A model generated the notes under the pieces. The model was not told where the DNA came from. It did not search any database and worked only from the letters and a program-made list of their open reading frames with translations. From the human T2T-CHM13v2.0 reference genome, Homo sapiens, in contig CP086569.2 of assembly GCA_009914755.4 (NCBI GenBank), forward strand, positions 22,496,001 through 22,560,000: DNA of 64,000 bases. Direction: 5' to 3'. Of this stretch, positions 1 to 12,149 are shown piece by piece; within the stretch, counting starts at the first letter, position 1, and every line of letters begins with the position of its first letter. The translations under genes were made by a program, and so were the position numbers.

Positions 1-829
1 CATGCAAGTGAAGGCCTCAGTTTCAGGCAGGACACAACCTAAGTGAGCTTCTTCAGCTGGTTGACTGATGGTGATTGACCAGGGTATGGCAGGATTGCTG
101 AAGTGGGGCAGCTGTGGGACATCATAGGTAAGGAGCTGGTCATTCCTTGGCATCAGAGGAATTGGCTTTGAACCAGAACCTAACCTGTCACGACTACTTT
201 GCCCAGTCCCCCAGATCATCAGCCAGGGCCCGTGGCTCAATCTCATGCAGCACTACCCAAGGGAGTTAGGCCCTCAGAGAGGGAACAGAGAAGAGGCCAG
301 GGAAGCAGCCCAGGGCTGGGGGATGAGAGGCCTGTGGGTCCTGGAGCCAGGATACATAGCGAAGCCAAGGCTCAAGGAGGAGACTGAGGTAAGTAAACTC
401 AGGCTATTCATCGCTCAGGGGGAAAGGCCCATCAGGGAACTGTAGCACCCACATTTCAGTATTGGGGAACCCTAAGCTACTTAAGAGGTGTAAGTAACTA
501 AGGTCAATGGGAGAGAAGTCAGGCCCAGGGTGCTCTCACCCTCCACACAAATGCCAACCTGAGGCCCTTCTAGGTCTACATCTTCCCAGAATGGCTCTCC
601 CAGACCTGTCAAATTCTGTGTCAATGACTCCTGACATGCTGTTTCCCCTCTGCCATCCAGACGACACAGGTTTCACAGGGGAAGAAATGTGAAGAGATGG
701 CAAAATGGAAGGGGACCTTCTGTGTGTGTTCAGGAAGGCAATCTGGCTGGACATTAGGACCCACCTAAGTATTAGTGAGGACACCAAATGTCTCTCAGAC
801 CTGAGCATGTGCACACAAAAACATATTGT

Positions 830-2050
830 CTAAATGGCATTGACATCAATACTACCTAAGTGATCTACAGATTCTGTACAACCCCTGTAAATGTATCAGT
901 GACCCACTTTTCATAGAAAAACCATCTGAGAATCCTAAATTTGCTATGAAATGGTAGAAGATCCTGAGACCCAGAACAATCCAGTAAAAAGCACAAAGCT
1001 GGAGGCTTCATACTACCTAACTTCACAATATGCTACAAAGTTTTATGCACCAAAATAGAACAGCACTGGCCGACAAGCAGAGACATGAGCTAATGAAAAA
1101 CAATCTGGTCCCAGAACTAAGTCACCGCATTTGCAGCTCATGACCTTATCCCAAAAAAGCAAGAATGCACAATGCAAAATCAGGTATCTGCTATAAACTA
1201 GGTTGGGGAAAACCTGAATATCCACATAAAGGATTTTAAGAGTAGATTATGTCTCACAGAACTCCAATGTCAGACAAGAAACGACAAAAATACCAGAAGA
1301 AATCGCAAGGAAGAAGCTCCATGACATCGGTGTGGGCAATGGTGGTCTCAAAGTGACTGCAAGAGCACAGTAAACACCTTCAAAAATAGATAATCGGGTT
1401 ATGTCAAGCTAAGGTGCTTCAGTACACCACAGGAAACTGAAGAGAGGGAAGGGACATCCTACAAGATGGGTGAAATTATTGAATCACCATACATCTGTTA
1501 ATGGGTGAATATTTACAGCACATAAGGAACTCCAACAACTCAATAGCATGAAAACAAATGAGCTAAGGGTATGAATACTCATTTGTGAAACTAAGACATA
1601 CAGTTGCCCAGAAGACACAGTAAAAAGCACCCATCATCAGTAATACAACAGGAAAATGCAAATCAAAACCACAATGAGATTTCATCTCACTTCAATCAGA
1701 ATGCCTACATGAGTATATAATAAAAAACCCAAAGTTTTCACTTACCCTTTTTAATAGCTCTCCCAGGGGGCACATAACTGAGAAGTCATAGTGTAAACCT
1801 TCATGATTTTTCTTTAAATATACATTGACATATTCATACAAATATGCATGAATACCTAAAATATATTGCCATGAAAATAAGAACATTTTATGAGATCCAA
1901 AATTCTGGAGGACTAAGCAGGGAGAAAAAAGATACATGTGTTCATGAAAGGAGTCAAACTCTGCAAAATATTTAAAGAGATTTTTTCTGAGCCAAATATG
2001 GGTGACCAATGACCCATAACACAACCCTTCTCAGAAGATCCTCAGAACAT
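830..2050 (+). mobile_element. Old LINE-1 (L1M/L1P-type) ORF2 C-terminal fragment
   Basis: Matches the L1 ORF2 3' region, e.g. 'aatgcaaatcaaaaccacaatgagatttcatctcac' and 'ggaaactgaagagagggaagggacatcctacaagatgggtgaaat', typical of the L1 ORF2 end. Diverged, with no intact ORF. Confidence 0.55.
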
Positions 2051-2889
2051 GTGCCCAAGATGGTCTGGGAACAGCCTAGTTTTCTGCATTTTAGGGAGAC
2101 ACGAGATATCAATCAAATACATGTAAGATGTACATTTGTTTGGTCCAGAAAGGTGGGACAACTTGAAGTGAGTGGTGGTGCGGGGCTGGGCTTTCAAGTT
2201 ATAGGTATATTTAAATACGTTCTGATTGGCAGTTGGTTGAAAGAGTTATTTTCTGTAGACATAGAAACAATGGATAGGAATGACTGGGTTGCAATAAATA
2301 ATAGGGAGCATAGAGACAAAGTTTATCAAGATGAGGAAGACTCCATGTGGCAGACTTAAAAGAGAATAGGTGGTAAATATTTCTTGTCAAACTTAAGGTC
2401 TGTGTTGATGTTAATGATGGTCAACTTTCCCTAAATTTCAAAAAGGTGGAGTGTATAATGAAGCATGTCTATCCTTCTTTCCTCTCAGGACCTGAACCAA
2501 TTTTAAAAGGCCCTTGGCCAAAAGGAGGGGTCCATTCAGATCCCTGTGGTGGGCAGGTTTGAGGGGAAACTTAAAATTTTATATTTGATTTGTAAGTCTT
2601 TCATTTCTGTCTACAAAAATGTACGCTATTAAACAGTTAGCCTAAGAGAAAAAATGGGGATTCTTGAACACAGAAAAATAGAATATTACAGAACCAACAA
2701 TTTGCCAAACCAAAAACAAAAGCTATAAAATAATCATTCTTCATCAGTTCATTAAATACTATGTAATTGATTCCAGTCTTGCTTGATTTTGTATTAGCAG
2801 TTCCATGAGACCATCAGTTTCTCCACTAGAGTTCTGGATATCATTACTCAGTCCCATAGTATAAACATAAAATTATTGAAACTTTGACA

Positions 2890-3853
2890 TCAGATGCTTG
2901 TGCCCAGAGGACGCATTACAGTTGTTTCCATCGGTATCAGAGGCAGTGCCTTGTTGGAGACAAACATTCTGATCTCTAGCCAGTGCAGATGCAAAAGGAA
3001 AAGCATGATATTGAAATAATAACTACCTGTAAATTAGAAAAGGTGCAAAATGGCCATGGTTAAAAATCTAATGACATTCATTATGTTACAATTAGCAAGA
3101 AAATTTGTTTTCTTCTGTGGCAAACAACATTTAAAATAATGACTAGAATTATGACTCAAGATATTATCCTGGGACATATAATAGATAGGTCATTCACAAA
3201 TTTCCAGGAATTCCATGCAGCTTCCAAAACAAATAACATTTTACCCAAATATATTTACCAAAATATAACCTAGGGAATATTAATCATATTTTCTTATTTG
3301 TATATTGTGTATACTGCTCATTTGAAACTGTGCCAAGACCAGCTTAGCTGGGGAGACCCTAACCCGGTGGCACTACAGGAAATAAAGACACACACACAGA
3401 AATCTAGAGGTGTGAAGCAGGAAATCAAGGGTCTCACAGCATTCAGAGCTGAGAGCCTCGAACAGAGATTTACCCACATATTTATTAACAGTAAGCCAGT
3501 CATTGGCATTGTTTCTATAGATATCAAATTAACTAAAAGTATCCCTTATAGGAAATGAAGGGATGGGCTGAATTAAAGGAATAGGTTGGGCTAGTTAATG
3601 GCAGCAGGAGCATATCCTTAAGGCACAGATCAGTCATGTTATTGTTTGTGGCTTAAGAATGCCTTTAAGTGGTTTTCCACCCTCAGCAGGCCAGGTATTC
3701 CCTGCCCTCATTTCTGTAAACCCATAACCTTCCAGCATGGGCTTTATGGCCATCATGCAAATGTCACAGTGCTGCAGAGATTTTGTTTATGACCAGTTTG
3801 GGGCCAGTTTATGGCCAGATTTGGGGGGCCTGTTCCCAACATGCCCCCTTCTT
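2890..3853 (-). mobile_element. 3' LTR of the minus-strand HERV-K-type provirus (LTR13-like, HML-4-type)
   Basis: Lies immediately 3' of the env stop and polypurine tract ('gaaaatcaaagaagggggca') on the minus strand. Sequence 'ggccataaactggccccaaactggtcataaacaaaatctctgcagcactgtgacat...gggtttacagaaatgagggcagggaatacctggcc' matches my memory of the LTR13 consensus. The lower boundary is uncertain. Confidence 0.5.
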
Positions 3854-3914
3854 TGATTTTCAAATTGATAAAAGCAAAGTCAGCTTTGTCATGGTGAGCT
3901 ACTTCTTGCAGAAG

Positions 3915-4640
3915 TCAGAATCCACATCTGCAGACTATATACAGAAAAACAACATAGATTAAAAGCACAATCATCATTAAAATCACAGAGCTTCCCAGTG
4001 TTTTTATCCATTTTAATGGGTTACTAGCTGCGAATCTGTCTGCAGCTCCTTTAAGCACTCCAGATCCTGGCATTAAGGTCAGGTGTGCCTGGGATGTTTT
4101 AAATATTTGTACTTTTAATTTTGCAATATCCAAAAACAAGTTTGTAGAATGTCCTTTTAGATACTATTTTTATGGTTTCCCAAATCTTGATCTTATTAAG
4201 AGCTACTAATAGTTTCTGTAAATCCTTATGTTTAGCTTCTACAATGGGCCATGTCATTTGAGGTTGAGGTACCACTATACTACCATGGTTCCAGATAATA
4301 GGAACTCTTGCAGTACGTCTTATCATTTCTACCATCTGATCATTTTGTTCAGACAAGCTGAACATAGTGTAGCCATGGCACACAGACTGAGAGGTGCAAT
4401 TCAAGCTAAACATCTCCTTAGGGGACCAATCAATCATGATTCCATAGGAATCATTGTGCAGCACCTCTGCCTCTTCTGCAAAGCAATCTTCGTAAACAAG
4501 TAGGTTCATTATTTTTGGCCACATTCTGTTTTATTTACAAATAGGTTTTTGAAGGTGGTATGCCTCAATTATAGGAGCAGATTTATTATGGTAAATACTG
4601 AGATCAGAAAGCATGTGCTACCGTGTCATAGAGTGATTAT
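3915..4640 (-). pseudogene. HERV-K env remnant (SU fragment fused to TM C-terminus)
   Basis: ORF 4099-4524(-) 'VYEDCFAEEAEVLHNDSYGIMIDWSPKEMFSLNCTSQS' resembles HERV-K SU '[39 protein letters not shown]'. ORF 3915-4139(-) 'LDIAKLKVQIFKTSQAHLTLMPGSGVLKGAADRFAASNPLKWIKTLGSS...CRCGF' resembles the TM tail '[49 protein letters not shown]...CRC'. The large internal deletion removes most of env. Confidence 0.75.
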
Positions 4641-5004
4641 ATTCAGGCATAAGTACCAGCCAGGATTGATAAATATGCCCAATAAGAATAATTGTTCTCT
4701 GTCTCAACCCTTGTTGAAGGAATACTCATGGCAGTGGTGATAACTGCTATCATAGCTACCATTAAATTACTTGTTGTGACTGGTTGTCCCGCTTTCCTCA
4801 GGTTTTCTTCTGCCATCAGTGACAGCTTCTTGATCTGTCCCCAGGTGGTTGACTGTGTTCAATGGGTGTTGCTCATGACAGTTGGGGTCCTCCTCAGCAT
4901 CAACCTCAATATGGCTGCAACTGAGGGGTCCTCAGGATCCTCCCAGAGTCTGGTTCATGATAGGGATTCAGGTGTCTTGATGGTGTCCTAATCGGCTGTT
5001 GATT

Positions 5005-5595
5005 TTAGTCTGGAAAAACACAAGCATAACCTCTACCCCAAGTTATTATTTTACCTATTTCCCAACTTCTTATTTTTGGATCTCTCCACCCAATCAGTTG
5101 TTCCACTTCTGTCTTTGCAACCAGTTTCTGTAGATGATGTTCAGCTGCTGATAACATCTGGCCTTTGGGCAGGCTCAAAAATTTTAAAGTTAATAATGCT
5201 AGATTTTGTTGCATCTGTGGGGTTCCATATTCTCTATTTCCCCCTTTCTGCCTTTGCAACTGCTGTTTTAGGGAAAGATTTATTCTTTCCACTATGGCTA
5301 GTCCTTGATAATTGTATGGGATACCAGTAATGTGCTTAATATTCCACATAGAGAAAAATGTAGCTAGGGTTTGGATAGCATAGCCTGGGGCATTATCTGT
5401 TTTAGTAGAAGCTGGAATGCCCATCACCACAAAACACTGCAAAAGGTGATGTTTAACACAGGCAGAAGATTCACCTGATTTGCACATAGCCGAGAAAAAG
5501 TGAGAAAATGTGTACACACATACATGTACATAAGCTAGTCTCCCAAACGAGGGTGTATGTGTGACATCCATTTGCCAAAGACAGTTAGGTTCCAA
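5005..5595 (-). pseudogene. Retroviral integrase catalytic core (HERV-K-type pol)
   Basis: ORF 5005-5595(-) 'LWQMDVTHTPSFGRLAYVHVCVYTFSHF...KTDNAPGY...TGIPYNYQGLAIVER...ITWGRGYACVF' corresponds to the HERV-K integrase DDE region (LWQMDVTH...KTDNGPAY...GIPYNSQGQAIVER...WGRGFACV). Confidence 0.8.
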
Positions 5596-5599
5596 TCCT

Positions 5600-6560
5600 C
5601 AAGGATTAACTCCTGTAAAAGATAAGGAATGTACCAATTGGCAAGTTGGGCATTGCTGGATAATAGTTTTAGCTTATTTCCAGGTAATGCTGTATCTGTG
5701 TTTGAGACCAGAGGCATTAACATGGGTTAAACTGTGAAAGTGTCTAGCATTTGAGACTGGAGGCATTAACATGGGTTAAATTGTGAAAGTGTCTAGCATT
5801 AGATATTGCATTAGCAACTAGGTGGTCAGCCTTTTGATTCCCTTCAGTTAAAGGTCCTTTAAGAGGTATATGAGCCCTAATGTGAGTGATGTAAAAAGGG
5901 TGTATTCTACTTCTAACTGTTGTTTGCAATTGGGTAAATAAAGTCATCGGTTCTTTATCTGTATGAAATCATAACTAAGCATTTTCAATTAACTGTGTGG
6001 AATGAACCATGTATGAAGAATGAGAAATCACATTAATAGGCATTTCAAAAGCAGTAAATATCTCAATTACAGCTATAAGCTCTGCTTTTTGAGCTGAAGT
6101 ATAGGACATCTGCAAATTTTGCTTTTTGAGCTAGAATAAGAAGCTTTACCATACTAGACCCATCTGTAAAACAATGAAAACACTTTGCAGTATACAGGTT
6201 GTTTACCACAGGAATTGTAAATGCAAACCGTTCACAGTCTTGCTCAGCTAAAGGGATAGAAAAGAAACAGTCTTTTCAATCTGGACTATTGAAGGCCAAT
6301 CTTTTGGAATTATAGCAGGAGAAGGCAATCCTTGCTGTAATGCTCCCATAGGTTGTATAACTGAGTTGATGGGTCTTATGTCAGTTAACATTCTCCATTT
6401 ACCTGATTTTTTCCTAATTATGAAAACTAGAGAATTCCAAGGGGAAAAAGTTCAAGCTATGTGCCCATTTTCTAATTGTTCAGTAACTAATTTCTCTAAA
6501 GCCTCCAGTTTCTCTTTATTTAGCAGCCATTGTTCTATCCAAATTTGCTTGTCTCTTAAC
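5600..6560 (-). pseudogene. Reverse transcriptase / RNase H remnants (shortened by deletions)
   Basis: Directly downstream of PR on the minus strand: 'WIEQWLLNKEKLEALEKLVTEQLENGHIA' is the HERV-K RT N-terminus. Only ~1 kb remains where RT+RNaseH would need ~2 kb. Confidence 0.6.
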
Positions 6561-6629
6561 CACTTTAAAGGTATAGCTTCTGGAGGCTTAACAATGGCCA
6601 CCATCAAAAATGGTATCCTAAACTTTAGC

Positions 6630-7050
6630 GAGAACTTTGCCTTTCCGCTTGAAGCAGTTTTTTCAAAACTTCCGTTTTTTTTTTTTTCTACTCTCTTACC
6701 AGGGGCATATCCCATTTCATGCATTGCATGTTGACTTTCAGGGCTATATAATTGTTCTGAAATTAGAACTTGTGGTCCCCATTGTTGTAATAAATCTCTT
6801 CCCCATAAATTTATAGGTACAGAAGTTATAATTGGTTGAACAGTCCCAGGTTGTCCACTGGGCCCTTCACAATGTAAAATAGAGCTACTTTGATATACTT
6901 CAGGGGCTTTACCAACTCCAATTATGTTAAATTGAGCTGGTTGAATTGGCAGTCCAGACAGCCAGTGCTGTAGAGAAATGACTGAAATGTCCACTACTGT
7001 ATCTACCAAACCTTTAAATTTCTTTCCCTCAATAGTTATTTCACAGGCAG
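6630..7050 (-). pseudogene. Retroviral aspartic protease (HERV-K PR-like)
   Basis: ORF 6452-7009(-) 'GKKFKGLVDTVVDISVISLQHW...IGVGKAPEVYQSSSILHCEGPSGQPGTVQPIITSVPINLWGRDLLQQWG' resembles HML-2 PR 'GKQFEGLVDTGADVSIIALNQW...IGTASEVYQSTEILHCLGPDNQESTVQPMITSIPLNLWGRDLLQQWG'. The DTG active site has degenerated to DTV. Confidence 0.85.
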
Positions 7051-7319
7051 GATGTTTATCAGCAATTTGATTTACCCAATAAGCTGCTTTGCCTTGTTTA
7101 TTTGTGCTTCCAAATCCTTCTGTTCATTTAATTTCAAATTTTCCCATTCTCACATATGGCACAATCAGGAGCTGTGTTATACACTCTCCTGGCTCTGCTT
7201 TCCAGGGAACAGAAGTAGATATAATAATTTAATTTCCCCATTTATCAGGGGAAATTCAGCCAGATATCAGGCAAAATTCACCCCCAATATTTCACGTAGG
7301 TTCTTTTCTGTTTTCCCTA

Positions 7320-8170
7320 AGTGTCAGCCAGTCTGAGAAATAAAGGGACAAAGTACAAAAGAGAGAAATTTTAAAGCTGGGTGTCCGGGCAGGACATCAC
7401 ATGCTTGCAGGTTCCGTGATGCCCCCTGAGCCATAAAACCAGCAAGTTATTATTAAGGATTTTCAAAAGGGGAGGGAGTGTACAAATAGGGTGTGGGTCA
7501 CAGAGATCACATGCTTCACAAGGTAATAAGATATCAGAAGGCAAATGGAGGCAGGGTGAGATCACAGGACCACAGGACTGGGGCAAAATTAAAATTGCTC
7601 ATGAAGTTTCAGGCATGCATTGTCATTGATAACATCTTACCAGGAGGCATGGTTTGAGAGCAGACAACCGGTCTGACCAAAATTTATTAGGCAGGAATTT
7701 CCTCATCCTATTAAGCCTGGAAGCACTATGGGAGACTGGGGCTCATTTCTTCCCTACAGCTTTGACCATAAAAGATGGCCACCCCCCAAAGTGGCCATTT
7801 TAGAGGCCTACCCTCAGGGATGCATTCTCTTTCTCAGGGATGTTCCTTGCTGAGAAAAAGAATTCAGCGATATTTTTCCCATTTGCTTTTGAAAGAAGAG
7901 AAATGTGTTTCTGTTCTGCTGGCTCACCGGTGGTCAGATTTTAAGGTTATCTCTCTTGTTCCCTGAACATTGCTGTTATCCTGTCTCCCAAATTCTCGAC
8001 CTCTGGAGGCTGAGGTACAAACGGTAACATTTATTGGAAACTCTAGTCCATGAGGAAAGTCTTCATTTCAGAACGTCATTTTTGCTAGGCATTTTTTTTT
8101 CATCCAACGAAACTTACCCCCAAGCAGTATTGTTACCTTGTCTGTTCCTCAGGTAGAGATAAAAAGTAGT
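7320..8170 (+). mobile_element. Unclassified LTR-like element replacing the 5' end (gag/5'LTR) of the HERV-K provirus
   Basis: Begins 'TGTCAGCCAGTCTGAGAAATAAAGGGACAAAG...' directly where HERV-K pro-upstream homology stops. It is not homologous to the LTR13-like 3' LTR. Family not recognised. Confidence 0.35.
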
Positions 8171-8249
8171 AATTATACCACACAGAATCACATGATTATG
8201 AGAAAAGCTATTATATGAAACACATGATAGAGTAGAACTTACATATTTT

Positions 8250-9230
8250 ACTGTTCATATTTTTTTGTGCTTGTTTTCCATATGCGTGTCTTTTAGCGAA
8301 GTGTGTGTTCCACTATTTCTTCATTTTGTAATTGGATTGTTTGTCTTTTATGTTGTTGAGTTATACAATTTCTTTATACATTGTGGATAACACACTGTTG
8401 TCACATATATCATGTGTGAATCTTTCTTTCTGTGGTGTGTCTTTTCACTTTCTTGTCAGTGTCTTTTGTTCCACAAAAGTTTTTAATTTGAGGAATTTAT
8501 TTCTTTATTTGCCTGTGATTTTAGTATCACATCTAAGAAATTACTGCTAAATTCAAGGTTATGAACATTTATCCCTATGTTTTCTTCTAGAGTTTACATT
8601 TTTACCTCTGTTTACATATTAAACTTTTTGAACCATTTTGAGTTAATTTTTGAGGCTTCTGAAGCATTTTGAATTAACTTTTCTACATGTTATGAGGATA
8701 GAGTACAATTTATTTGTCTGAATTTTAGTAGTCAGTGGTCTAACACCATTTGTTGAATTTAATGGTCTTGGCTACATGTCAAAAATCAATTGACTATAGA
8801 GGTATTCTTGGACTCAACATTCAGTTCTATCGATCTATATGTTTGTCCTTATGCTAGTATTATGGTCTTTTTATTACTGTTCCTTTGTAGTAATATTTGA
8901 AATTGAGATCCAAGTTGGTTTTTGTTTTCAAGAATATTTTATCTACTCAGAATGCCTTGAAATTTATATGAATGTTATGACTGGCTTGCCCATTTCTGCC
9001 AAAAGAATTTTGGTGTTTCATAGGAATCACAGTGAATTTGTAGATTGCTTTGTGTATTATTGCCATCATACAAAATATCACCTTTAATCCAGAAACATGG
9101 AGTGTCTTTACATCTATTTAGGGTTTCTGAAATTTATTTCAGCAATATGTTATAATTTTTCATGTCTAAGTCTTGCACCGTGGTTAAATTTAAGCTTAAA
9201 ATATTATTACCACTGATTTTGTTGTTGTTT
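8250..9230 (-). mobile_element. LINE-1 ORF2 fragment, antisense orientation
   Basis: Plus strand reads like the reverse complement of L1 ORF2 ('...tctatcgatctatatgtttgtccttatgctagtattatgg...', '...gattgctttgtgtattattgccatcat...'). Confidence 0.5.
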
Positions 9231-9395
9231 GCGGAAGCGTCTCAGTCTCTGGCCCAGGTGGGAGTGTGGTGGGCGGTGTGCTCACCGCAGCTTCAAACTC
9301 TTTGGCTCGAGCAATCCTTACACCTTTCCCTCCCAAAGAACTGGAATTACAGGCATAAGCCACCACACCACACCTGGCCTTTTTTTTTTTTTTTC
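9230..9395 (-). mobile_element. Alu fragment (right arm)
   Basis: Reverse complement of Alu 3' half, 'ctcagtctctggcccaggtgggagtgtggtgggcggtgtgctcaccgcagcttc...ctggaattacaggcataagccaccacacc', followed by poly-T. Confidence 0.6.
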
Positions 9396-9619
9396 TGTTT
9401 TGAATGTTGCCAAGGATGTGTTGCTTTACAGTCAATAAAAATATAGTACTTTGAATTGCCCAAAAGGTATAATGTACAAGAACTCTTAAGTCATATAGTT
9501 GACTTGTTGACCATCTGGATACAGTTCAGTTACTTCTTCAAAAATTGTACCTAGTAACATTCCAAAATTATTTTTTTTAAGTTCTTAACTTGTAGCAATA
9601 AACAAAATGTCAAGACTAG

Positions 9620-9932
<313 letters not shown>

Positions 9933-9994
9933 CTGACACTTTTAAGGAATACTGAAGTTTATTTAAAAGAAAATAAAAATTTCAAATCTTATTC

Positions 9995-10190
9995 CTTTTT
10001 TTGAGACAGGGTCTCTCTGTTGCCCAGGCTAAAGTGCAGAGGTGCCATCATGGCTCACTGCAACCTCTCACTCCCAGGCTCAGTTAATCCTTCCTCTTTA
10101 GCCTCAGTCACTATACCTGGTTGATTTTTTTGTGTGTATTTTTTGTAGAGTTCCCACTTGGCCTCCCAAAGTGCTGGGATTATTGGCATT
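9995..10190 (-). mobile_element. Partial Alu with internal deletion
   Basis: 'tttttttgagacagggtctctctgttgcccaggctaaagtgcagaggtgccatcatggctcactgcaacctc...ggcctcccaaagtgctgggattattggc'. Confidence 0.7.
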
Positions 10191-10557
10191 GATAAAACAT
10201 TTAATATGTTAGGGTTAGATAAAAATCAACATTTTGGCTAAGGTATGAACATTTTTAAAATGCAGTTATTCATTTATGCCTAATTTTCAGCATTTTTATG
10301 TTATCAATTCTCATTTTAAGAGTCATATACAAAGCATAAGGCAAACCCATTTATGAGTTGCATATTTGTTTCACAGTTTGTGAAAATGTCCTTAGTTTGC
10401 TCATATTGCAAACACATTTCAACTCTGCTATGCAAATAACAAAAGGCAACCTTATTTACAATTAATTTTATAGTTACATTGCATACAGGGAATGCACTGT
10501 CTAGATGAAAAATAGCATCTCAACTACAGGTCTTAAACACTGAAAAGAGCTAACAGC

Positions 10558-10850
10558 TGGCCGGGCTCAGTGGCTCACACCTGTAATCCCAGCACTTTGG
10601 GAGGCCAAGGCGGGGTGGATCATGAGGTCAAGAGATCAAGGCCATCCCGGCTAACATGGGGAAATCCCGTCTCTACTAAAAATGCAAAAAATTAGCCGGG
10701 TGTGGTGGCAGTTGCCTGTAGTCCCAGCTATTCGGGAGGCTGAGGCAGGAGAATGGCGTGGACCCAGGAGGCAGAGCTTGTAGTGAGCGGAGATTGTTCC
10801 ACTGCACTCCAGCCAGGGTGACAAAGTGAGACTCCACCTCAAAAATAAAT
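10558..10850 (+). mobile_element. Alu (AluY/S-like)
   Basis: 'ggccgggctcagtggctcacacctgtaatcccagcactttgggaggccaaggcggggtggatcatgaggtcaagagatc...ccagggtgacaaagtgagactccacctcaaaaataaa'. Confidence 0.9.
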
Positions 10851-12149
10851 TGACAGCTTATTATAATTTATTTTATTATATCAATTCATTTTATTTATAT
10901 ACAATCAATTGTATTTACATGCAATCTAGAAAGTTCACAGCCATCAGCAGTTCTAGTGCAGCTTCAGGTAAAATGGGAATTTAGGAATCTCTGTGGAACT
11001 GTACATTCAGTGAAATATTTAGGTAAAATATGTGCATACTTTTGGCTGCACTTGTGAAGGGATGTCTCTCAAATTGACCTCAATGCTTTCCTCCTCAGAA
11101 AAATGACCTGGATCACTCAAACGGGTTTCATTGTTGCTGAGGTTTGTGCATGTTCTCCTTTTACAACAAATTTATGACTCAGGATATATCTGTTTGATAT
11201 CATGGCATTAGGGCTTTCACAAGCATTGTAGGTTTTCTCTTCTTCATCCATTATGTTTTTAAGTAATTCTACTTGAATCCTCAGGAACTTGAATAGTTTT
11301 TGTTAGCCCCACAGCCACTGCAGCCCAGGACCGAATGTAGCAACACAGCCTCTGCTCCAAGGCCACCTTCCATGCCCATCTACCTGCCCCTGTGGGTTTT
11401 AGAGCAGTTGGAGTAATCTAGTCCTGTAAGTTTTAATTTGTTTACAAGATTTCATAATTTATTGTTGGTTCCTTATGATTTTATGTATATAAGATTATGA
11501 GATCTATGAGTAGAAAGTTTTACTTTTGTCTTTCACATATGAATATGTTGGTATATATTTGTCTTTTCTAATTGTTCTGGATGGAAGTTCTAAAACAATG
11601 TTGAATACAGTGATGAAAGTGGGCATCAGTGCTACATTCCTAATCTTAAAGATTTGGTACACAGCAGCTCAGATGATGATTGTTATGTGCTTCACATAAA
11701 GATGTTTTATCATATCAAAGAAATTCAAACCCATTTTTTGGATGTTTGTATTATTAAATTTGTTGACTATATTTAAGTAGTTTCTGTAACAGTTGAGATA
11801 AACATGTAGTGTTTTTTCATCATTTAATTTACATAATATATTGAAAAGGGATGGCTTTAGAATGTTGAAAAACCCGTGATTTTCTGAAAAAAGAACTTAG
11901 TCATTCAGGTGTGTAATGTCTTCACTATGTACCTAATTCCATGTACTAGTATTTGTTTAAACATTATGATGTCTATAATTATCAGATTTGTTAATATTTA
12001 GCTTTTTGTCCCAGTGATATCATATGTTTAATTGGCTACTCAATTGGAATTACAAAGAAGTATTGCTTGGTGTACTCTTATGGGCATTAGGGCTTAGAGG
12101 TTAGAGTCATAGAGGATATATTTAAAATTTTTTGAAGGAAGATGGGGTA

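Larger units (their letters stand above)
2890..7320 (-). mobile_element. Degenerate HERV-K-type (betaretrovirus-like class II) provirus; gag deleted, pol and env internally deleted
   Basis: Minus-strand translations give protease, RT N-terminus, integrase core and env SU/TM remnants in retroviral order, followed by the LTR. Confidence 0.8.
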
